64,000 nt of DNA from an uncultured Methanomassiliicoccales archaeon. Its GTDB lineage: Archaea; Thermoplasmatota; Thermoplasmata; Methanomassiliicoccales; UBA472. Positions 56,369 to 64,000 of this stretch are shown piece after piece (the first letter of the stretch is position 1; each line of letters begins with the position of its first letter). The stretch is from contig OY968769.1 of NCBI GenBank assembly GCA_963695345.1, positions 2,144,001-2,208,000 of the forward strand, written 5' to 3'. The translations under genes were made by a program, and so were the position numbers. The notes below the pieces were generated by a model. It ran no database searches. It was not told the DNA's origin and was given only the letters and a program-made list of their open reading frames with translations.

Positions 56369-57442
56369 ATGCGCGTCGCCTTGATCACGTTCAACATAAC
56401 CGGTGGGCTGAATCATTACATCTCTTGCTTGGCCAACGAATTGGCTCCGATATGTGAGCTCCGTCTGTTCGTTCCAAAAGGGTTCAGCCGGAGCTGGATC
56501 GACAAGGTGGATATCTGCGAGATGCCGATCCCATGCAGCAAGGACGAATTCGCCAAGATGGCCTTTCATCCTCAGCTATTCCTGAAAATGTTCGATGCGG
56601 TCCGCGATTTCAAGCCCGACATCATTCATATCAACGAAAGAAACCTCGGGTTCTTCCCAGTGCTGGCGTTCCTTGATACCAGGAAGGTGGTCCTCACCAT
56701 TCATGATCCGGTCGCCCATATCGGTTCCGGCTCCTGGTATTCCGGATTGGAGACCAAGGCCTTCCTTCGCAAGTCCCCGAACATCATCGTTCACGGCGAG
56801 AAGTTCAGAGGACACTACCCCACCAAGCGGGTGTTCGTGATCCCCCATGGGGAATACGGGCGTTTCAATACCACATCCAGCGAGGTGATCGAGGAAGATG
56901 ACACCGTGCTCTTCTTCGGCAGGATCAACAAGTACAAGGGGATCGACATCCTGGTCCAGGCGATGAAGGATGTATGGAAGAAACGACCGCAGACAAAACT
57001 GATCATCGCCGGAGAAGGCGATTTGAAGGCCCTCGGGGTCGACGTCGATGGAATGTCTGGGGTCGAAGTGATCAATAACTACATCCCCAACGAAGAGGTC
57101 TCGAAACTGTTCCAAAGGGCATCCATCGTGGTCCTGCCTTACATCGAAGGTTCGCAGAGCGGGGTGCTGGCCACGGCATTGGCCCTGGGAAAGCCAACCA
57201 TCGCCACCAGGGTGGGTTGTTTCGAGGAGACGTTGGAGAACGGAAAGAACGGTATATTGGTCGAACCCGGGAAACCCGAGGGATTGCGGGACGCGATGCT
57301 CGAGCTACTGGAGAACAACGAAGAAAGGAAAGACCTTGGGAAAAGGGCCAAGGAGTATTCCGACCAGTACCTGCAATGGGCTCCCATCGCCAAGAAGACC
57401 TTAGACTCCTATAGCATCGTAATCAACGAAAAGCGCGAATGA
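56369..57442 (+). CDS. Glycosyltransferase family 4
   Basis: TIHDP..H, VIPHG, LFFGRI..YKG, VLPY.E.SQSGV. Confidence 0.92.
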   Translation: MRVALITFNITGGLNHYISCLANELAPICELRLFVPKGFSRSWIDKVDICEMPIPCSKDEFAKMAFHPQLFLKMFDAVRDFKPDIIHINERNLGFFPVLAFLDTRKVVLTIHDPVAHIGSGSWYSGLETKAFLRKSPNIIVHGEKFRGHYPTKRVFVIPHGEYGRFNTTSSEVIEEDDTVLFFGRINKYKGIDILVQAMKDVWKKRPQTKLIIAGEGDLKALGVDVDGMSGVEVINNYIPNEEVSKLFQRASIVVLPYIEGSQSGVLATALALGKPTIATRVGCFEETLENGKNGILVEPGKPEGLRDAMLELLENNEERKDLGKRAKEYSDQYLQWAPIAKKTLDSYSIVINEKRE

Positions 57443-57469
57443 GGTCGGCGTCGATCTCCATTCCTGATC

Positions 57470-58045
57470 CTATTGCTTCGCCCTAGCCTTGGCCGGATCA
57501 AAACCTTTGACCCGGTCCGACCTTGAGTTGGTCTCCTTTATGACCCGGGCCGGGACTCCGGCGATCGTTACGCCTTCCTTGATGAACTCACCGTGCACTA
57601 CGGCATTGGCGCCGATCGCTATGTCGTTCCCGACGACCGCATTTTCCAGAATTTTTACACCAGGCCCGATGTACACGTCGTTGCCGATCTTTGCTCCAGC
57701 GGCGATGTTGATACCGTTGTGCAACCTGCAGTTGTTCCCTATCCGGGCGGACGCGTTGATGAAGATGCCTGACCCATGAACGATGGACAGGCCGGGTCCG
57801 ACGGTGTTGAGGGGAATGCCCACGGCTATCTTCCGAGAGATCAGGATAAGCATGTACTTGTGGTAGATGGCGAGCATTCTTGAGATTGGGCTGCGACCGT
57901 TGTTGACGTGGTACTCGGTCTTCCTCAGTCTCTTGATGAGCTTCCACTCGAGCGGCACCGGGAACGGTATCCTGTTGTCCGTGTACTCCATCGAGATTCT
58001 GTCGGAGGCGAGGTACAGTGCAAGATCTTCCCTTGACCGGATCAT
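57470..58045 (-). CDS. Hexapeptide-repeat (LbH) acetyltransferase, serine-acetyltransferase-like, probably polysaccharide-modifying
   Basis: GPGLSIVH, IGNNC, IGNDVYIGPG, IGANAVV, AGVPARVI; located in the glycan locus. Confidence 0.85.
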   Translation of the reverse strand: MIRSREDLALYLASDRISMEYTDNRIPFPVPLEWKLIKRLRKTEYHVNNGRSPISRMLAIYHKYMLILISRKIAVGIPLNTVGPGLSIVHGSGIFINASARIGNNCRLHNGINIAAGAKIGNDVYIGPGVKILENAVVGNDIAIGANAVVHGEFIKEGVTIAGVPARVIKETNSRSDRVKGFDPAKARAKQ

Positions 58046-58395
58046 CGGTGAAGAATGACGACGGTTTATAAACTATTTTGTCATTCTAGTTTCTCGAGAC
58101 ATAGCTGGAACCGATCTCGCTTGGCCCATTAAGGTCGGTCCGGGGCCAATCTTTGCTATGTTGAAAGAATCAAAGATGGGTGATCAAGGCCGCAAAGCGG
58201 GACCTGCCAGCAGTCAATGGTGGCTCGGGACCGTGGCTATCGACGACCAAAATCGAACCATCTCGGACCGGAACGACCGTCGGGCCAGTTGCCCGGTTTT
58301 CAACGATTCTCATGTTAGAGATTGTTAATGTCTTGATACCAAAAAATGATTTCAATTCACATTTAATAAATATCACCAACCAATAGTCTAGGGGG

Positions 58396-59577
58396 ATGAA
58401 GGTCCTCCGAGTAGCAGCCGACATCTATCCCGACACTCCAGGAGGGTTGGGCGTCCATGTACATGAGATGTCCAAGCACCAGGCCAAGATGGGTTGCGAT
58501 GTGACCGTTGTCACCTCCATGACGCCATCGAACAAACGAAGGTTCGAAGAGCGTGATGGCTACAAGATCGTACGGCTGCCTGCACCGGTCAGGATCCTAG
58601 GCAATTCCTTCCAGATAGGTCTGGCCACCTATCTTCTCCAGAACCGTAACAAATTCGACGTCATCCATGCACATTCTCACCTGTTCTATTCCACCAACGT
58701 AACCGCCTTGCTCCGCCGGCTCGGCGGCCCTCCCATGGTCATCACGAACCACGGAGTGTTTTCCACCAGTGCATCCAGGACGCTGCAGGACCTCTATTTT
58801 CCAGTGGCCGGCAGCCCTACCTTAAGGACGGCCGATGTGGTCCTCTGCTATACCGATGCCGATAGGCAGACGATAATGAATTTGGGGGTGGCGTCAGGGC
58901 GCATCAGAGTGGTCCACAACGGGATCGATTCATCCCTGTTCTCCCCCGGTCCAGTGAAGCCGGAGGTGCCCCAGGTGATCTGGATGGGCCGAATGGTAAA
59001 GGGAAAGGGGCTCGAATATCTGATCGCCGCGCTGAGCATCCTCAAGGAAAAAGGGATCCTGTTCAAGGGCGTCCTGATCGGGAAGGGTCCGGACCAGGAG
59101 AGGGTGGGGCAGCTCCTTCAAGCCAGCCAGCTCACTGACCGGGTCCGCATCATCCCGGTCGTGGACCAGGAGACCGCCGTCCGGCTCTATCAGGAATCGA
59201 CGGTGTTCGCACTCCCTTCATCGTCGGAGGGCATGCCCCGCACCCTGCTCGAGTCAATGGGCTGCGGAACGCCGTTCGTTTGCACGAACCTGCCCCAGCT
59301 GGTCGACCTGGCCGTCGGATGCGGTATGACGGTTGGATTTGGTGACGTTGAAGCCATCGCAGCCGGTCTGGAGGTTTACCTCACCGATAAGGAGAAGGCC
59401 GAGGAACACGGAAGATGCGGCCGGCAGAAGGTGCTCGACCACTATTCCTGGAAGGAAACGGTGGCCCGCACCATCGATGTCTATCGCGAACTGGTGGAGG
59501 GCGCCGATCGACATTTCAACAGCATGTCGCTGATGCCTACCATCGAGGACACGGTCGCCCGGCGCATCAGTAAATGA
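58396..59577 (+). CDS. Glycosyltransferase family 4
   Basis: DVIHAHS, VHNGID, GRMV..KG, PS..EGMPRTLLE. Confidence 0.92.
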   Translation: MKVLRVAADIYPDTPGGLGVHVHEMSKHQAKMGCDVTVVTSMTPSNKRRFEERDGYKIVRLPAPVRILGNSFQIGLATYLLQNRNKFDVIHAHSHLFYSTNVTALLRRLGGPPMVITNHGVFSTSASRTLQDLYFPVAGSPTLRTADVVLCYTDADRQTIMNLGVASGRIRVVHNGIDSSLFSPGPVKPEVPQVIWMGRMVKGKGLEYLIAALSILKEKGILFKGVLIGKGPDQERVGQLLQASQLTDRVRIIPVVDQETAVRLYQESTVFALPSSSEGMPRTLLESMGCGTPFVCTNLPQLVDLAVGCGMTVGFGDVEAIAAGLEVYLTDKEKAEEHGRCGRQKVLDHYSWKETVARTIDVYRELVEGADRHFNSMSLMPTIEDTVARRISK

Positions 59578-59662
59578 CATTGCTGGACCGGGGCACTCCA
59601 ATACATATGCGAGCAATGGAAACAATTGTGTTAAAAACACAGCTCAACATCCTGATGATATC

Positions 59663-60736
59663 ATGCGGCTGCTAATCGTCACCTCAGAGTACGTTAACCT
59701 CAGCGCGGACCATAAGCGCGGTTCGGGGATCGCCCGGGTGGTTTTCGAGGCGGCCGAGGAGCTGAAGAATAGAGGCGTGACGGTGGAAATATGTTCTCCG
59801 GAGGGGCCGGAGATATTCATTCCGACGACCGGCATCCCGGGACGGATGGGGCTGGTGTTCTTCTGGCAGAAGGCCTTGCATGAATTGCGGAAGGTGGACT
59901 CGGGATACGACGCCATCTGGCTTCACAACCCGATCCTCCTGAGGAACTATCCGCGGAAGAGGCCGATGATCGCCACGATCCACTCGACCTCCCTCGGGAA
60001 GACAAGACGGTTCCGTTCCCTGTTCTTCACCGGGTACGTCTTCGCCACATCCGTCCTGGAGGTATGGTCGAACCGGGCGTTCAGCCGTTCGGGCTTTCAG
60101 GTCACCTGCGTATCCGACAGCGTCTGCAACGAACTGATCAACATCCAGTGGCAAAGGAAGAGGATAATCAGGAACGGTTCGATCTTCCCAGTGGTCTTCA
60201 AGCCAGCTCAAGCCGACGGCCGTCGCCCGGGCGCCAATTTCCTCTACGTGGGGAGGCTGGACAAGATAAAGAACGTGAGGCGGATCATCCGGCTCTACCA
60301 GTCCATCAAGAAGGAGATAGACGGCTGCTCCCTGGTCATCATCGGGGACGGGCCGGAGTATGCGGCCTTGCTGTCCGAGAACAAGGACCCGTCCATCAGT
60401 TTCAAGGGCTTCCTGGAGCATGATGACATCCTGCCCTACTATGACGATTCTGATTTCTTCTTCATGGCGTCGATCTACGAAGGCTGTCCGCTCACCCTCC
60501 TCGACGCCGTGAACCGGGGGCTGAGATGCATCGTCCCCAACATTCCGTCCCTCGCGTTCATCGAGGAAATGGAGCTGGGCAAGTGCTACGACAACAGCGA
60601 TGACCGGCTGGCGTCTCAGCAGCTGGTAGAATTCATCAAGCAGAACTCCGGGAAGCCGAGAACGAACCGGGTCGATTTCACATGGAAACCGGCGATAGAC
60701 GGATACATGTCGCTGTTCGAGGGCAAGGAGAAATGA
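59663..60736 (+). CDS. Glycosyltransferase family 4
   Basis: TIH, LYVGRL...KN, IIGDGP, S.YEG.PL.LLDA. Confidence 0.88.
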   Translation: MRLLIVTSEYVNLSADHKRGSGIARVVFEAAEELKNRGVTVEICSPEGPEIFIPTTGIPGRMGLVFFWQKALHELRKVDSGYDAIWLHNPILLRNYPRKRPMIATIHSTSLGKTRRFRSLFFTGYVFATSVLEVWSNRAFSRSGFQVTCVSDSVCNELINIQWQRKRIIRNGSIFPVVFKPAQADGRRPGANFLYVGRLDKIKNVRRIIRLYQSIKKEIDGCSLVIIGDGPEYAALLSENKDPSISFKGFLEHDDILPYYDDSDFFFMASIYEGCPLTLLDAVNRGLRCIVPNIPSLAFIEEMELGKCYDNSDDRLASQQLVEFIKQNSGKPRTNRVDFTWKPAIDGYMSLFEGKEK

Positions 60737-60979
60737 TGCGTTTCCGTTCCGCGGGAAAAGAGCGTCAACGGCGTTCGCTGACCTAACCTCAAGTCCTTTC
60801 CTTCTGATCCCTCGGATGTCTCGTTCCGCCCGGCAGTGTTCTCATGGTAATATGGCCAGAAATGAGAAGTTAATCCCTGTTTACTAGCGAACATCCAGAT
60901 AGGGCACATTATTATTCAATATTACCGAGATATATTATCAAGGAAGTCTCTTTATGCTTGATTCAATATTCGAACACAA

Positions 60980-63016
60980 ATGCACTTTCGAAAATATTCG
61001 AGGCAGTATCTTATTGACGTAATATTATTCTTCATCTTCGTCATAGCCACACTGACCCAGGAATATTTTCACTTCCAGAATCCGTTCGTCTCCGCCTTCT
61101 CTGTCGTGTACGTCCTGATCTATCCAGCCAAGTTCCTGCTGGCCCTGGTGGACCTCAGGATGAGGTCGATGTCGCTGATGGCGATCATATGCGTGGCGAC
61201 CGCCATCGGTACCATCGAGTTCCTGGGCATGTCCATCTCCGTCGCCGGGAGCGCTTTGGGCATGGCGATATTCACCAAGGCATCGGTGCAGATCGTGATG
61301 ACGCTCTCGATCCTGTTCCTCATGGTGATCTCCCGGGACCTCAAGATACCGGCGATCAAGGTCGACGCGCCCCACTACCTGTACCTGTCGGTATTCCTGA
61401 TCGTCCTGGCCTGCCTGGGGTCGGTGCTGATGACGCAGTACCAGGAGAACATCGTCAACCTGGTGTTCTGGGTTCTGATCCTGATCGTCTCCATGGTCCT
61501 GATCTTGAAAAAAGACCTTACCACTCAAACAAAGCTGATGATGGTCTTTTCGATCTCGCTTTCCTGCCTCCTGAACTATGTGGTGATCGCGAATTTCATC
61601 ACCGGCTACGATATCTTCTATGAATATTCCGTCGCCAACACGACCATGGCCGAGGGTGTATGGAACATAGACTTCGGATCCAATGTCAACGCCATGCTCA
61701 GCATCACCGTTTTCGCTCCGGCGATGGCCTGGTTGGGCAACACCGACCTTCTGTGGATATTGAAGCTGGTCTTTCCGGCCATCTTCTCCCTGGTTCCGGT
61801 CGCGGTGTTCATATTCGCATCCAAAATGGGGAATGAGAAGGCCGGAGTCCTCGGTGCGTTGCTGTATATCCTCATCCAAGGGTTTCTCTTTGAGATGCCG
61901 TCCATCGCGCGTCAGGAGATCGGCGAGGTCTTCCTGATATCGATCTTCATGGTGGCGATGATGGATGAGTTCACTCCCTATCAGAAGGCCACGCTGGGTA
62001 CGATCTTCGGGTTCGGCCTCATCACCTCCCACTACGCCACCACATTGCTTTTCTTCGGGCTTACCGGCCTTTATTACATCATCCGACTGATGTTCCGGGC
62101 CAAGGACAAGCCATTCTTCACTGGATGGCACCTCCTTACCATCATCGTCATCGAAATGACGTGGCTTCTTTACGTCGGCAGCAAGGGCGTCATGGGGTCG
62201 ATATTCCAGGTCATAGACAGCGTCTATTCCGCGGTCTTCAACGAAATGTCGTTCACCAGCACCGTCGTGGCCGACAGGGTCAGCGCATCCGTATCCTTAC
62301 TGCATACGATCGGGAAGTACGGCTTCATTCTGACCATAGGGATCATCGCGCTCGGCGTCCTGGCGAGATTGTACCAGAGACGGAAGAATATGGATAACTA
62401 TACCGCACTGGCCACGGCATTCGGGGTATTGATGGTGGTATCGCTGACGGCCTCAAATTTCCTCGTACTCTTCGGTGACATAAGGATGATCAGCCTGCTG
62501 CTGATCGTTGCCGGGGCCATGTTCTATTTTGGCCTAAGCTGGTTCTTCAACCTGCCATTGCTAAGAACGCAGCGCAAAAGGATGATGTACGCCGCTGCGG
62601 CGATCGTGGCGATATACATGCTCTTCAATTCGGGACTGGCCTACTCGATCGCCAATGACGGTCCGATCTCGATCGCATTGAGCAACGATATCCTCTATCC
62701 CAAATTCTCCGACCCAGACCTGAAAACAGCCAGCTGGACGCAATCCCATCTCGTTACCGATCAGCAGATAGCCGGGGACCGTCTCGGAAGGGCGGTGGTC
62801 GGAGGGTACGGGTGGTTCAATGTGGACCGCGACAATAAGCTGATATCCCCGATCGATAAGGGCGAACTGATCTATCTGGGTACCCGGAACGTCGTCGAGA
62901 TGAAATACGCCGATCCATTGGGGGTGGACCACCCCATTTCCATCGACCAGATGTACACCCACCCGATCGTGTACTGCACCGAGGATTCCCGGGTCCAGTT
63001 CGTGTACTTACGTTGA
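60980..63016 (+). CDS. DUF2206-like polytopic membrane protein
   Basis: Many TM helices; G.DI..EY, NAMLS.T..AP, ARQEIGE.F, SHY.T motifs typical of archaeal DUF2206. Confidence 0.8.
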   Translation: MHFRKYSRQYLIDVILFFIFVIATLTQEYFHFQNPFVSAFSVVYVLIYPAKFLLALVDLRMRSMSLMAIICVATAIGTIEFLGMSISVAGSALGMAIFTKASVQIVMTLSILFLMVISRDLKIPAIKVDAPHYLYLSVFLIVLACLGSVLMTQYQENIVNLVFWVLILIVSMVLILKKDLTTQTKLMMVFSISLSCLLNYVVIANFITGYDIFYEYSVANTTMAEGVWNIDFGSNVNAMLSITVFAPAMAWLGNTDLLWILKLVFPAIFSLVPVAVFIFASKMGNEKAGVLGALLYILIQGFLFEMPSIARQEIGEVFLISIFMVAMMDEFTPYQKATLGTIFGFGLITSHYATTLLFFGLTGLYYIIRLMFRAKDKPFFTGWHLLTIIVIEMTWLLYVGSKGVMGSIFQVIDSVYSAVFNEMSFTSTVVADRVSASVSLLHTIGKYGFILTIGIIALGVLARLYQRRKNMDNYTALATAFGVLMVVSLTASNFLVLFGDIRMISLLLIVAGAMFYFGLSWFFNLPLLRTQRKRMMYAAAAIVAIYMLFNSGLAYSIANDGPISIALSNDILYPKFSDPDLKTASWTQSHLVTDQQIAGDRLGRAVVGGYGWFNVDRDNKLISPIDKGELIYLGTRNVVEMKYADPLGVDHPISIDQMYTHPIVYCTEDSRVQFVYLR

Positions 63017-63245
63017 TTGCGGAAGGGCATTTTTCTCGGTTGCTTTCCTTGAGCCCAAGAACATGCAGGGAAGAAATTGAATGCCGATCTCGCTTTTTTT
63101 ATACTCGTCTCAAAATGAATGAAGCTTATCTTGTTCCGTGCCAGTTGTCCAGTCCATAATATGTGATGGTCTGATCTGCAATGGCGGAATAAAAAATTAC
63201 CTCAACAATTTATATATAGAGATCTCCCATTTTCAGCCCTACCAA

Positions 63246-64000
63246 ATGAAAATGCTGGAGCGTAAAGATTGGGACCTATGGTCCGTCATGATCGGCTCGC
63301 TACTCCTGATAGGAGCGGTCCTGGCATTACCCGACTCATTGATTACCGTCATTGTCGGAATCCCATTCATTCTGTTCTTCCCCGGATATGCCATCCTGTC
63401 AGTGGTCTTTCCGTCGGCCAAACACCTGGCGACCGTTGAAAGGATGGTCATCTCCCTCGGTCTCAGCATCGCCATCGCCCCGGTGGTGGGGATAGGTCTC
63501 AATCTTTTTGAGATCGGAGCCGGGATGTCCCTTATCCTGCTGATCATTGCGCTGGTCTCGCTGGTGTTCGTCCTGGTCGGTCTATTCGTTCGGAACAGGA
63601 CAGAGGGGGCCTATCTTCCCGTCTCTCCCTCGCGGGCATGGAGCTGGGCGACGTCATCCTTAGGTCAGAAGGGGAGGGGCAAGAAGATCGTCAGCGGGGT
63701 CATGGTCGTGGCCATCATAGCCTCGGCAACTGCCCTGGTGGTTCTGGTGGCATACCCTCCCCAGAGCGAGAGCTTCACCGAGTTCTATATCCTCGGTCCC
63801 GACGGCAAATCGGCAGACTATCCCCATAAACTCCTGACGGGCCAGTCCGCCTCTGTCCAGGTCGGGATAGTCAACCACGAGCACCGCCAGGTGAACTACT
63901 CGCTGGAGATCTGGCTCTCCGGCGTGACCATTGTGAACAATCAGACCAGCGTCCAGTCCATGTACCTGTTCGAGGCCAGGAACATAACCCTGGAACATGT
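63246..64000 (+). CDS. DUF1616-like membrane protein (partial, runs off window)
   Basis: Not in the ORF track. Manual translation: MKMLERK...ILFFPGYA...ERMVISLGLSIA...ESFTEFYILGPDGKSADYP...GIVNHE. Confidence 0.85.
   Translation, partial: MKMLERKDWDLWSVMIGSLLLIGAVLALPDSLITVIVGIPFILFFPGYAILSVVFPSAKHLATVERMVISLGLSIAIAPVVGIGLNLFEIGAGMSLILLIIALVSLVFVLVGLFVRNRTEGAYLPVSPSRAWSWATSSLGQKGRGKKIVSGVMVVAIIASATALVVLVAYPPQSESFTEFYILGPDGKSADYPHKLLTGQSASVQVGIVNHEHRQVNYSLEIWLSGVTIVNNQTSVQSMYLFEARNITLEH

Overview
Archaeal chromosomal segment, most likely from a Methanomassiliicoccales methanogen. This is inferred from the MtaA-type methyltransferase, DUF1616/DUF2206 proteins, TATA-type promoters and GGTGA/GGAGG ribosome-binding sites. 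The left half is core metabolism: cbiT-cbiL, a sirC-hemABLC-cobA-hemD tetrapyrrole operon, a NikMN-QO ECF transporter, trpEGDCFBA, an iron-sulfur flavoprotein, a 28-aa-repeat surface protein, an amino-acid permease, a long KamA radical SAM enzyme, a CoA-transferase-GNAT fusion and acs. The right half holds signalling genes (two PAS histidine kinases, a response regulator, a STAND ATPase-TPR protein) and a dispersed surface-glycan locus (flippase, nucleotide-sugar enzymes, four GT4s, a beta-helix protein, a PRTase-HAD fusion, a FemAB-like transferase, an LbH acetyltransferase, DUF2206, DUF1616). About twelve genes carry a single extra base, all +1, which is probably sequencing error and probably also explains the apparent HemB-HemL fusion. 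The best novelty candidates are a PRTase-HAD plus FemAB glycan-tailoring pair, a promoter-driven 63-nt hairpin RNA at 49987-50049, a Pat-like GNAT fused to a CoA-transferase next to acs, and three paired operator sites (cobalamin genes, nickel transporter, trp). I found no rRNA, tRNA, CRISPR array or IS element. All assignments come from motif recognition by eye; no searches were run.
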